In this document: in pieces, positions 23,988 to 32,792 of the stretch
Layout of the letters: the number at the start of each line of letters is the position of its first letter
Position numbering within the stretch: the first letter of the stretch is position 1
Assembly (NCBI GenBank): GCA_037441295.1
Contig: JBBISK010000003.1
Span: 1 to 33,695 of the forward strand
DNA: 33,695 nt
Source of the DNA: Candidatus Aminicenantes bacterium
GTDB lineage: Bacteria; Acidobacteriota; Aminicenantia; Aminicenantales; Saccharicenantaceae
Direction: 5' to 3'
Translations under genes and position numbers: made by a program
The notes under the pieces: model-generated
The model's input: only the letters and a program-made list of their open reading frames with translations
The model's database searches: none
What the model was told of the DNA's origin: nothing

Positions 23988-24968
23988 ATGAGGATCGTTC
24001 TTTTGACCGGCCCGGGCGGCGACGCCCAGGGCTGGGGCGACATGAAGGTCACGGAATCGATGCGCGGTGCCCTCGAGTCCCTCGGCCACCCGACGAGAAT
24101 CGTCTACGTCGCCGACGAGGCGGAGCTCTTCCGGCTCCTCGATAGGCACGACTTTGACATCGTCTGGAGCGCCCTCTATCACATCACGCCGAACGAGGCC
24201 TTCATCGGCCGCAATGCCGCCGGGACCTGGGTCGCCGACCTCATGGACGAGCGCCGCATCCCCTACATCGGCTCGGACAGCCGGACGATGAGGGCCATGA
24301 TCGACAAGTTCGAGACCCACGAGATCCTGGGCGCGGCGGGCGTCGCCGTGCCCGCCCACATCCTTCTCCGCCCCGGCGACGACGTCTCGTCCGTCATGTT
24401 CCCCGCGTTCGTCAAGCCCATGTGCGAGTCGCGGTCGGTCGGCATCTCCGACGAGAGCGTCGTCCACGACGAGGCGGAGCTCGGGCGGCGCGTCGCCTAC
24501 ATCGAGAAGGAGTTCGATGAGCCGGCCCTGGTCGAGGAGTTCCTGCCGGGCGACGAATATACGGCCCTCGTCCTCGGGAACGGCAAGACGCGCGAATGCC
24601 TGCCCGGGCTGGTCACGGTCGAGGAAACCCACTACCACAGGTACCGCATCCTGCGCAGCGACCTCAGGGGCGTCGGCCTGACCCGGATCGGCCTGGCCGG
24701 GGCGAGGACGGAGGAGGCCCGGGCCCTGGGCGACGCCTCCGCCGAGGCCATGGGCTGTCTTGACCACGTCCGGATCGACATGCGCGTCGACAGGGCCGGC
24801 CAGCTCCGCATCATCGAGGTCAACGGCATCCCCGGTCTCAAGCCCCACAAGAGCTGGGCGCCGCAGATTTACACGCTCTATCACGGCTCGCGGCAGGGGG
24901 AGGACGAGGATTACCGGCGCCTCATCGGGGCCATCGTCGAGGCGGCCGGACGGCGCTACGGGCTCTAG
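23988..24968 (+). CDS. D-alanine--D-alanine-ligase-like ATP-grasp enzyme
   Basis: I trimmed tracked ORF 23628..24968 to the ATG at 23988 (MRIVLLTGPGGD...). The tracked N-terminal 120 aa overlap the racemase out of frame. ATP-grasp features are DKFETHEILGAAGVAVP, FPAFVKP..ESRSVGIS, ALVEEFLPGDEYT, and RIIEVNGIPGLKP (Ddl has EVNT.PG). Confidence 0.8.
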   Translation: MRIVLLTGPGGDAQGWGDMKVTESMRGALESLGHPTRIVYVADEAELFRLLDRHDFDIVWSALYHITPNEAFIGRNAAGTWVADLMDERRIPYIGSDSRTMRAMIDKFETHEILGAAGVAVPAHILLRPGDDVSSVMFPAFVKPMCESRSVGISDESVVHDEAELGRRVAYIEKEFDEPALVEEFLPGDEYTALVLGNGKTRECLPGLVTVEETHYHRYRILRSDLRGVGLTRIGLAGARTEEARALGDASAEAMGCLDHVRIDMRVDRAGQLRIIEVNGIPGLKPHKSWAPQIYTLYHGSRQGEDEDYRRLIGAIVEAAGRRYGL

Positions 24969-26149
24969 GCCCTGGCCGCCGGACGCGTGAACCACTCGCG
25001 GATGAGCCGCGTCCAGGCCGGTCGGGCGGGGGCCGGCTTCTCGGCCATGAACCGGGTCAGGGCGTCCCCCCAGAGCTCCGAGTGCTGGAGCGTGGTCATC
25101 CGGTTGCGGAACATGGCCGCTCCCTTGCGGGGCTCGGATTCCATCATGTCGAGAATGCCGCGAACCTCATTCTCGAAGCCCGCCGGGCCATAATAAGCGA
25201 GATACGCCTGCCAGGCCTCGGCGACGCCCCGCGCGGACCCGAGCGGGCGGGAGACCCGGCGGAGCGTGCCGCGGAACCGGCCCTCCTCTCCCCTGTCGAG
25301 CCGGCGCAGGCCCTCACTGGTGATCCTGTAGGGATGGATGCCGTAGGAAGCCAGCCGGCCCGCACGGACGCCGAGCGAGAGGCAGAACCCGGTGCGGCGG
25401 TAATAGAGCTCGGGCGGCTGGTAGAAAACGAAATTCCCCAGGCTATAGGCGATGAGCCGGCCGCCCCGGGATTCGAGGCCTTGCGGGACATGTGGATGAT
25501 GGCCGACGACGCAGTCGGCTCCCGCGTCGGACAGGGCCCGGAAGGCCTCGACGACGTAGGGAGGCGGGAAGGGGATGTATTCGAGGCCGGCGTGCCCGAC
25601 GGCGATGACGAATTCGCCGCGCTTCTTGGCCTTCCGAATTTTCCCGGCAAGACGTTCGACCTCCCAGCCGCAGACGCCGGGGCCGCCCGTGGAGGCGGTG
25701 AGGTCCTCGCCTTCGCTGAAGTTGACGACCGTGACCCGCGTTCCACCGACAGTCAGGGTCATCGGCGCCGCGGCCTCCTCGAACGTCATCCCGGCCCCGA
25801 CCGTCCGGACGCCGTTCCGGCCGAGGACGTCGAGCGTCTCCCGGAAGCCGGCGAGGCCATAATCGAAGACATGGTTGTTGGCGAGGCAGGCGACCTCGAA
25901 CGGGACCGCGGTCAGCCCGGCGACGTGGGCCGGGAGCCCTTTGAAGACCGCGCCGCTTTTCCAGACCGGCCGGCGTGCCGCCGTCAGGGCGCATTCGCAG
26001 TTGACGATGCGAAGGTCGGCCGCCCGGAGGAACGGGAGCAAGTCCCCGTAGACCGAGTCCGGCCGCCGCGACACGGCGGGCTCCAGGGCGCGGATGGGCG
26101 CCCAATCGGCCGCGATGATGATCCGGACCCGCTTTTTGCCCGCGCTCAT
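24965..26149 (-). CDS. CapA/PgsA-family (PGA_cap metallophosphoesterase-like) protein, no signal peptide or TM anchor visible
   Basis: I trimmed the start to the ATG at 26149 (RBS GGGAGAGAG), giving MSAGKKRVRIIIAADW. CapA motifs are NCECAL, ANNHVFDYG, VGHAGLEY, and VVGHHPHVPQG. A C-terminal extension of about 100 aa follows. Its stop overlaps the ATP-grasp stop (CTAG, 24965..24968). Confidence 0.78.
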   Translation of the reverse strand: MSAGKKRVRIIIAADWAPIRALEPAVSRRPDSVYGDLLPFLRAADLRIVNCECALTAARRPVWKSGAVFKGLPAHVAGLTAVPFEVACLANNHVFDYGLAGFRETLDVLGRNGVRTVGAGMTFEEAAAPMTLTVGGTRVTVVNFSEGEDLTASTGGPGVCGWEVERLAGKIRKAKKRGEFVIAVGHAGLEYIPFPPPYVVEAFRALSDAGADCVVGHHPHVPQGLESRGGRLIAYSLGNFVFYQPPELYYRRTGFCLSLGVRAGRLASYGIHPYRITSEGLRRLDRGEEGRFRGTLRRVSRPLGSARGVAEAWQAYLAYYGPAGFENEVRGILDMMESEPRKGAAMFRNRMTTLQHSELWGDALTRFMAEKPAPARPAWTRLIREWFTRPAARA

Positions 26150-26176
26150 GTCGTCTCTCTCCCGGCGGAGGGACGA

Positions 26177-26206
26177 ATCATAGACCGGCGCCGCAAGGCC
26201 TGTCAA
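26177..26206 (-). promoter_or_regulatory. Predicted own promoter for the CapA-like gene (TTGACA-18-TATGAT)
   Basis: The minus strand reads gtgTTGACAggccttgcggcgccggtcTATGAT. It lies in the 94-nt gap after the ABC-2 permease stop. The tracked GTG start at 26209 would fall inside this -35 region. Confidence 0.4.
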
Positions 26207-26243
26207 CACGCTCTCCCCCGCTTCGCGCGGCCGTCCGGGGCCG

Positions 26244-27371
26244 CTAGTCGAGCTTCTTCCTGAAGCGGAGGATGCTCAGGGCGAAGAGGACCGCCCCCAA
26301 CAGCAGGAGCGACACCGCCTGGTCCCAGAGTTCCGGCCAGCCCGCCCCCCGGAGCATGATGCCCCGGATGATGACGAAGAAGTACCGCGTCGGGACGACG
26401 TGGGAAACGGCTTGGAAGAAGGGCGGCATGTTCTCGATGGGGAAGACGAACCCGCCGAGGAGCATCATCGGCATGATGATGAAGATGGTCGTGAACATGG
26501 CCTGCTGCTGGGTCCGCGAGATGGTCGAGATGAAGAGGCCGAAGCCGAGGGTGCTGAGCATGAAGACCAGGCACATGGCAAAGAGGAGCAGGAGGCTGCC
26601 GCGGACCGGCACGACGAACCACCATCTCGCCACGGCGACGACGAAGACGGCCTCGAAGAGGCCGATCAGGACGAACGGCAGGAGCTTGCCGACGATGAGC
26701 TGGTAGGGGCGGATGGGTGTCACGATGATCTGCTCCATCGTCCCCGACTCCTTCTCGCGGACGATGCCAACGGAGGCGAGCGAGATGGTCATGATCATCA
26801 GGATGAGCCCGAGGACGCCCGGGACCATGAAGTTCCGGCTGCGGAGCTCGGGGTTGTACCAGACCCGGACCTCCGCGCCGACCTGGACGGGCTTCGCCCC
26901 CGTCGCGGCGACCCGGGCGAGCTTTTCCAGGAAGACCCGCTGCGTATAACGCCCGGCGATGATCGTCGCGTAGTTGACGCCGATCGTCGCCGACTGGCTC
27001 TCGGCCCCGTCGGCGATGATCATGGCCGAGGCCGGCTTGCCGCCGGCCAGCTTGTCGCCGAAGCCGCGCGGCACGACGAATGCCATGGCCGCCTCGCCGT
27101 CGTCGAGGAAGCGGTCGATGTCCTCCATCCGCCCGACCCTTGCCCGGACGCTGAAATATCCGGAGTTGACGAAGCCGTCGAGGAAGTCCCGGCTGGCCGC
27201 CGTCCGGTCCAGGTCACAGACGACGGAGGGGATGTCCCGGACGTCCAGGTTCGCGGCGTAGCCGAGGAGGAGGAGCTGGAGGATGGGCGAGATGAAGAGG
27301 ACCGGGAAGAGCCGGGGGTCGCGGCGGAGCTGAAGGAACTCCTTGCGGACGATGGACAGGATCGCCTTCAT
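26244..27371 (-). CDS. ABC-2 type transporter permease (YbhR/YbhS-like), second copy
   Basis: I trimmed tracked ORF 26244..27713 to the ATG at 27371 (MKAILSIVRKEFLQLRRDPRLF...), 375 aa. It has a large periplasmic loop followed by five more TM helices (VREKESGTMEQI motif). The ATGA overlap with the upstream permease indicates translational coupling. Confidence 0.88.
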   Translation of the reverse strand: MKAILSIVRKEFLQLRRDPRLFPVLFISPILQLLLLGYAANLDVRDIPSVVCDLDRTAASRDFLDGFVNSGYFSVRARVGRMEDIDRFLDDGEAAMAFVVPRGFGDKLAGGKPASAMIIADGAESQSATIGVNYATIIAGRYTQRVFLEKLARVAATGAKPVQVGAEVRVWYNPELRSRNFMVPGVLGLILMIMTISLASVGIVREKESGTMEQIIVTPIRPYQLIVGKLLPFVLIGLFEAVFVVAVARWWFVVPVRGSLLLLFAMCLVFMLSTLGFGLFISTISRTQQQAMFTTIFIIMPMMLLGGFVFPIENMPPFFQAVSHVVPTRYFFVIIRGIMLRGAGWPELWDQAVSLLLLGAVLFALSILRFRKKLD

Positions 27372-28540
27372 CGGCGTCCCCTCCGCCGCGGGGTCCGTTC
27401 CGTCTCGCCCCGGCGCAGGAGCGCGGCGGACCCGCCGAGCGCCAGCGCCGCGAAGCCGGCCAGGAACAGGAACTGCCGCCAGATGGCCCCCAACCCCACG
27501 CCCTTGAGGATGATGGCCCGGAGCGCCGCCAGGAAGTAGCGGGCCGGGACGAGGTAGGTCACGGCCTGGACGACGGCCGGCATGTTCCGGATGGGAAAGA
27601 CGAACCCCGAGAGGATGAAGGTCGGCAGCATCGTCGTCAGCACGGCGATGAGGAAGGCGACCTGCTGGGTCCGGGTCACGGCCGAGATGAGGACACCCTG
27701 GCCGAGGGCGCACGTCAGGAACAGGATCATGGCCGCAAGAAGGAGCGGGTAGCTGCCCCGGATGCCGACGCCGAAGAGGACCTCGCCGAGAAGGAGGACG
27801 AGGTGGGCCGAGCCGAGCGAGATCGCGACGTAGGGCACGACCTTGCCCAGGATGAGCTCGAGCGGCCGGATGGAGGAGAGCCGGATCTGGTCCATCGTCC
27901 CCCGCTCCTTCTCCCGGACAACCGAGAAGGCCGTGGAAACGGTGACGATGACCATGAGGATGAAGGCCATCAGCCCGGGGATGAGGAACCTCGCGCTGCG
28001 GAGCTCGGGGTTGTACCAGACGCGGACGTCCGTGTCGAGGGGGACGACGAAGCCCGTCAGGCCCCGGCGCTCGAGGGCGTCGAGAGTGACCCGCTGGGAA
28101 TAGCTCAGGAGGATGGCCCCGGCATAGCCCGCCGCCGTCGTCCCGCTCATGGCGTTCGAGCCGTCGACGATGAGCTGGATCGAGGGGCTCCGCCCGGCGA
28201 GGAGGTCGTCGGAGAACGCCGGCGGGATGACCAGGGCGGCGCGGATGTCCTCGCGGGCCATGACCGGGTCGATCGCCGCCGTCCTCGGCAGGACGGCCTT
28301 AAGGTCGAAATACTCCGTGGTTCGGAACCTGTCGACGAGATTGCGGCTCGCCCGGCTGCCGTCCTCGTCGACGACGGCGAGGGGGATGTGCTTGACGTCG
28401 AAGTTGAGAGCGTAGCCGAACAAGAGGAGCATAAAGGCCGGGAGGAAGGCCATGAACATGAGCGAGCGGGCGTCCCGCCGGATCTGCCGGAACTCCTTCT
28501 TGATGACGGGCCGCAGGCAGCCGAGGGAGAGGAGGCTCAC
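27368..28540 (-). CDS. ABC-2 type transporter permease (YbhR/YbhS-like), first copy
   Basis: I trimmed tracked ORF 27368..28894 to the GTG at 28540 (VSLLSLGCLRPVIKKEFRQIRRDARSL...), 390 aa. The VREKERGTMDQI motif is present. The GTGA overlap with the stop of the upstream ATPase indicates coupling. It is a paralog of 26244..27371. Confidence 0.85.
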   Translation of the reverse strand: MSLLSLGCLRPVIKKEFRQIRRDARSLMFMAFLPAFMLLLFGYALNFDVKHIPLAVVDEDGSRASRNLVDRFRTTEYFDLKAVLPRTAAIDPVMAREDIRAALVIPPAFSDDLLAGRSPSIQLIVDGSNAMSGTTAAGYAGAILLSYSQRVTLDALERRGLTGFVVPLDTDVRVWYNPELRSARFLIPGLMAFILMVIVTVSTAFSVVREKERGTMDQIRLSSIRPLELILGKVVPYVAISLGSAHLVLLLGEVLFGVGIRGSYPLLLAAMILFLTCALGQGVLISAVTRTQQVAFLIAVLTTMLPTFILSGFVFPIRNMPAVVQAVTYLVPARYFLAALRAIILKGVGLGAIWRQFLFLAGFAALALGGSAALLRRGETERTPRRRGRR

Positions 28541-29496
28541 GGCCGCCCCTCCCCCGCCCCGCCGGCGCCGCCCCGCTCCTCGATCTTGTGGATGAAGACG
28601 TCCTCGAGCGAGGGCATGATCCGGTCGAGCCGGTGGACGGCGATCCCCTCCCGCGCGAGGCGCTCGCGGACGAGGCGGCGGCCTTCGGCCTCGTCCCCGA
28701 CGCTGACATGGAGGGACGTGCCGAAGATGGAGGTCTCGAGGACCCACGGCTCCTTCTGGAGGACCTCCATGGCGTCGACGACGCGATCGCTCGAGACCTC
28801 GAGGATGGGGTTGCGGATGACCGTCGTCTTGAGCTCCCCCGGGCTGCCCCCGGCGACGATGCGGCCGGCGTGGATGAGCCGGATGTCGTTGCAATACTCC
28901 GCCTCGTCCATGTAGTGGGTCGTGACGAAGACCGTCACCCCGCCCTCCGAAAGCTCGTTGATGAGCTCCCAGAAGCGGCGGCGCGAGGCCGGGTCGACGC
29001 CGCCCGTCGGCTCGTCGAGGAAGACGATCCTCGGCTCGTGGAGCACGGCGCAGCCGAGGGCCAGGCGCTGCTTCCAGCCGACCGAGAGCGTCCGGGTCAG
29101 GCTCCGCTCGCGCCCCTCGAGGCCGGCCATTCGCAGGACCCAGGGCAGCCGCCCCTCGAGGGCCTTGCGGGTGAGCCCGTAGGCGCCGGCGAAAAAGCGG
29201 ATGTTCTCGGCGACGGTCAGGTCCTCGTAGAGCGAGAAGCGCTGCGACATGTAGCCGATGGCGCGCTTGACGCCCTCCGGCTGCCGCCGGATGTCGAAGC
29301 CGCCGACGGAGGCCGTCCCCGAGGTCGGGTCGAGCAGGCCGCAGAGCATGCGGATGGTCGTCGATTTGCCGGCTCCGTTGGCGCCGAGAAAGCCGAAGAT
29401 CCGGCCGCGCTCGACCTCGAACGAGACCGCGTTGACGGCGGTGAAGTCCCCGAACCTCTTGGTCAGGTCCTTCACCTCGATGGCGTATTCGGGCAC
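28537..29496 (-). CDS. ABC transporter ATP-binding protein (second ATPase of the operon)
   Basis: Walker A (GANGAGKSTT), Q-loop, signature (LSVGWKQRL), Walker B (VFLDEPTGGVD) and H-loop are present. The ORF is 319 aa. Confidence 0.92.
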   Translation of the reverse strand: MPEYAIEVKDLTKRFGDFTAVNAVSFEVERGRIFGFLGANGAGKSTTIRMLCGLLDPTSGTASVGGFDIRRQPEGVKRAIGYMSQRFSLYEDLTVAENIRFFAGAYGLTRKALEGRLPWVLRMAGLEGRERSLTRTLSVGWKQRLALGCAVLHEPRIVFLDEPTGGVDPASRRRFWELINELSEGGVTVFVTTHYMDEAEYCNDIRLIHAGRIVAGGSPGELKTTVIRNPILEVSSDRVVDAMEVLQKEPWVLETSIFGTSLHVSVGDEAEGRRLVRERLAREGIAVHRLDRIMPSLEDVFIHKIEERGGAGGAGEGRP

Positions 29497-29520
29497 GGCG
29501 TTATCTCCCGTCCTCCCGGC

Positions 29521-30864
29521 TCATTGCCCGAGCGCCTTCTCGAGACGGGCCTGGGCCAGGACGAGGTCGGTCGCGGCCTGGGTGCGGGCCAGCCGCGCCT
29601 GGAGGAGGAAGACTTCCGCGTCGAGGACGTCGGCGTTGAGGGCGACGCCCTGGCGAAACTCGTCCCGGACGAGCCGGAGGTTCTCATCGGCCTGGCCGAC
29701 GGCCTGTCCGGAGACCTTCAGCTTGTCCCGGGCCTGAGCCACGGCCAGCCGGCTCTGGGTCACCTCGAGGACCGCCTGGTCCTCGAGGAGCTTGCGGGCG
29801 TCCCGGGCCTGGGCCAGCTGGGACTTGGCCTGCTCGGTCTGGCTCTTCGTCAGGCCCCAGTTCCAGAGGTCGAGGGAGACGGCGACGCCGACGTCCCAAG
29901 TTCCGTAAAACCTGTCCTGCGCCGGCAGGAGCCGGGGGTTGGGCCGCAGATAGTAGTAGTTCGCGGCCAGGGCGACCTGCGGGTACCAGCCGGCCCGGGC
30001 CGCCTTGACCCCGGCCTCGGAGGCCTTGATGCGGAACCCGGCCGAGCGGATCTCGGGACGGTTGGCCAGCGCGGCGTCGATGAGCGACTGGGCCCCGGCG
30101 GAGTCCGGGGCGGCGGCCCCGGCCTCGGGGACGCTGGAGGCCAGGCTCTCGGCCGAGGTCGTCAGCTCGAGCTCGGTCGCGACGGGCAGACCGATGAGGG
30201 AATTGAGCGAGGTCCGGGCGACTTCGACGGCATTGCGGGCGTCGATGGCCAGGAGTTCCGTATTCGATAGCTGGAGCTCGGCCCTCAGGACTTCGTTCTT
30301 CGTCAGCAGCCCCTGCTCGAAAAAGGCCCGGACGTCCTTCAGGTGCTCCCCGACCTGGCGGATATTCTCCTCGATGACGGCCGCGGCATCGCGGGCGCGG
30401 GCCAGGCCCCAGTAGGCGCTCTTGACCGCGAAGATGAACTCCGAGCGGTCCTTCTCGAGGTCCAGGGACGACGCGCGTTCGAGCTCGCGGGCTGACGCCG
30501 AGGCCGCCTCCAGCCTGAAGCCGGTAAAGACCGGCTGCTGGAGGGAGAGCCGGAGGTTCCAGTTGTTGAAATAATTCTGTGAGACGACGATCGGCTCCGG
30601 AAGGATCGGGAGCGAGACCTGGAAGGGCGGGACCTGGCTCAGGCGCGTGTAGCCGCCGCCGAAGCGAAGCGCCGGCAGCCGGCCCGCCGCCGCCTCACGG
30701 GTCTTCGCCGTCGAGGCGTCGGCCTTCATCCGCGAAGCATGGAGCCCCGGGCTGGCCTCGAGCCCGGCGGCGATGGCCTCGTCGAGCGACAGGGGCCGCT
30801 TCTGGGCCAGGGCGGCTAGCGGGAGGAAGAGGAGAACGACACAAACGATGGCGCGTTTACGCAT
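29521..30864 (-). CDS. TolC-family outer membrane factor
   Basis: 447 aa. The signal peptide reads MRKRAIVCVVLLFLPLAALAQ. Two OMF repeats with coiled-coil segments are present. The start overlaps the upstream ATPase stop by 8 nt. Confidence 0.9.
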   Translation of the reverse strand: MRKRAIVCVVLLFLPLAALAQKRPLSLDEAIAAGLEASPGLHASRMKADASTAKTREAAAGRLPALRFGGGYTRLSQVPPFQVSLPILPEPIVVSQNYFNNWNLRLSLQQPVFTGFRLEAASASARELERASSLDLEKDRSEFIFAVKSAYWGLARARDAAAVIEENIRQVGEHLKDVRAFFEQGLLTKNEVLRAELQLSNTELLAIDARNAVEVARTSLNSLIGLPVATELELTTSAESLASSVPEAGAAAPDSAGAQSLIDAALANRPEIRSAGFRIKASEAGVKAARAGWYPQVALAANYYYLRPNPRLLPAQDRFYGTWDVGVAVSLDLWNWGLTKSQTEQAKSQLAQARDARKLLEDQAVLEVTQSRLAVAQARDKLKVSGQAVGQADENLRLVRDEFRQGVALNADVLDAEVFLLQARLARTQAATDLVLAQARLEKALGQ

Positions 30865-31795
30865 GGCCGGCCTCCGAGGATGCGGATTGGGTGACGGAAA
30901 TGAAGACGTTCTCGAGCGACGGGGCCAGGGCCCGGATCTGGAGGACCGGCAGTCCCGCCGCGGCCAGGGTCCGCTCGATGGCCGGGACCTCCCGGTCCGG
31001 GTCCGTGACCACGGCGTTCAGGCGGTCGCCGAAGAGTTGGACCTCCGAGACGCCGGCGATCCCCTTGAGCACGGCGAAGCCCCGCCGGATGTCCGGACAG
31101 ACGACCTCGACGACCGTGCCCCGCATCAGCCGCTTGAGCCCCTGCGGTGTGTCGGCGGCGACGAGCCGCCCCTCCGCGAGCAGCCCGACCCGGGAGCAGC
31201 GTTCGGCCTCGTCCATGTAGGGCGTCGTCATGACGACCGTGATCCCCGAGCGGAGGAGGCTCGACAGGATCTTCCAGAAATCCCGCCGGGAGACGGCGTC
31301 GACGCCCGTCGTCGGCTCGTCGAGGAAGATGATCCGGGGCGTATGGATGAGGGCGCAGGCCAGGGCCAGCTTCTGCCGCATGCCGCCCGAGAGCCGGTCC
31401 GCCAGCCGGCCGCGGAAGGGCGCGAGACGGGTGAACTCGAGGAGCTCCTCGCGGCGGGCCCGGAAATCGCGGACGAGGTGGATCTCGGCGAAGAACTCGA
31501 TGTTCTCGTCGACGGTCAGGTCGCCATAGAGAGTGAACTTCTGCGAGAAGTAGCCGACGCGGCTCTTCAGCTTATCCGCCTCCCGGACGACGTCCCAGCC
31601 GAGGACCGAGGCCCGGCCGGAGGTCGGCCGGAGAAGCCCGCAGAGCATGCGGATGGTCGTCGTCTTGCCCGCGCCGTCCGGACCGACGAGCCCGAACATC
31701 TCCCCTTCCCCGACCTGGAGGTCCAGGGAGTGCACGGCCTCAACGGCCTCGAACGTCCGGCCGAGGCCCCGCGTTTCGACGGCCAGCTCAGCCAC
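30857..31795 (-). CDS. ABC transporter ATP-binding protein (first ATPase of the operon)
   Basis: A GTG start at 31795 is preceded by an AGGAG RBS at 6-nt spacing. Walker A (GPDGAGKTTT), signature (LSGGMRQKL) and Walker B (IFLDEPTTGVD) are present. The ORF is 312 aa. Confidence 0.92.
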   Translation of the reverse strand: MAELAVETRGLGRTFEAVEAVHSLDLQVGEGEMFGLVGPDGAGKTTTIRMLCGLLRPTSGRASVLGWDVVREADKLKSRVGYFSQKFTLYGDLTVDENIEFFAEIHLVRDFRARREELLEFTRLAPFRGRLADRLSGGMRQKLALACALIHTPRIIFLDEPTTGVDAVSRRDFWKILSSLLRSGITVVMTTPYMDEAERCSRVGLLAEGRLVAADTPQGLKRLMRGTVVEVVCPDIRRGFAVLKGIAGVSEVQLFGDRLNAVVTDPDREVPAIERTLAAAGLPVLQIRALAPSLENVFISVTQSASSEAGHA

Positions 31796-31811
31796 GGCTA
31801 ACTCCTATCCT

Positions 31812-32792
31812 TCATTTCCCGACGCGGATCGCGGCGTCGGCGGGCAGGCCCGGCTTGAGCAGGCCCTCCCTGTTCTCGATCTCGACCTTGACCCCGAAGA
31901 CGAGCTTGACCCGGTCCTCCTTGGTCTGGATGTTCTTCGGCGTGAACTCGGCCTCGGGGGAGATATAGGTGACCTTGCCGGGGAAGGTCCGCCCGGGGAA
32001 GGTGTCGATCGAGACCTCGGCCGCGTCGCCCAGCCGGACCCGCCCCAGCTCCTTCTCGGTGACGTAGATCATGACATAGACGCTGCCGAGCTCGGACAGG
32101 GTGACCACGGTCGAGCCCGGGGAGACGAGCTCGCCCGGCTCGACGGCCTTGCGGGTCACGACGCCGCCGGCCGGGGCGACGATGGTGCAGTCGGCGATCG
32201 TCTTCCGGAGGAGGTCCGCGGCCGCGACGGCCTGGGCCAGGCGGGCCTCGGCCGCCTGGATCTCCTCGGGCCGGGCCAGCCGGCGCATCTTGGCCAGGGC
32301 CTCGACGGCGGCGTTCCGCTGGGCCTCCGCCACCGTCAGCCGGGCCTCGGCGTCGTCCTTTTGCTTCGGCGTGACGCTGCCCGTCGCGGCGAGCTCGCGC
32401 ATCCGGCGGGCGTCGGCGGCGGCGACGGTGAGATTGGCCCCGGCCTGGATCAGCGCCGCCTCGGCCTGCCGGATGTCCTCCTGCCGAGCGCCGTTCCTGA
32501 GCAGGACGAGCTGCGCCTTGGCCAAGTCCACACCGGCCTCGGCCTGCCGGAGCTGGATGTCGAGTGTCGCGTGGTCGATGACGGCCAGCGTATCGCCCGG
32601 CTTGACCCGGGAGCCCTCGTCGACCGGACGCGCCTCGACCTGGCCCCCGACCTTGGCGGCGACGTTGACCTCGACGGCCTCGATCGTGCCCGAGGCGGTG
32701 ATGGCGCCGCCGCCGCCGTTCCCGGAACAGGCGGCCAAGCCGGCCAAGGCAAAAACGAGTGCCAGCCAGAGGATCGTGGTTCGGAATTTCAT
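31812..32792 (-). CDS. HlyD-family periplasmic adaptor (YbhG-like), probable lipoprotein
   Basis: The lipobox-like signal reads LALVFALAGLAAC-S. A biotinyl-lipoyl-like domain (VGGQV...V.EG..V..GD.L), a long alpha-helical hairpin and a beta-barrel domain follow. The start overlaps the TetR stop (ATGA). Confidence 0.9.
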   Translation of the reverse strand: MKFRTTILWLALVFALAGLAACSGNGGGGAITASGTIEAVEVNVAAKVGGQVEARPVDEGSRVKPGDTLAVIDHATLDIQLRQAEAGVDLAKAQLVLLRNGARQEDIRQAEAALIQAGANLTVAAADARRMRELAATGSVTPKQKDDAEARLTVAEAQRNAAVEALAKMRRLARPEEIQAAEARLAQAVAAADLLRKTIADCTIVAPAGGVVTRKAVEPGELVSPGSTVVTLSELGSVYVMIYVTEKELGRVRLGDAAEVSIDTFPGRTFPGKVTYISPEAEFTPKNIQTKEDRVKLVFGVKVEIENREGLLKPGLPADAAIRVGK

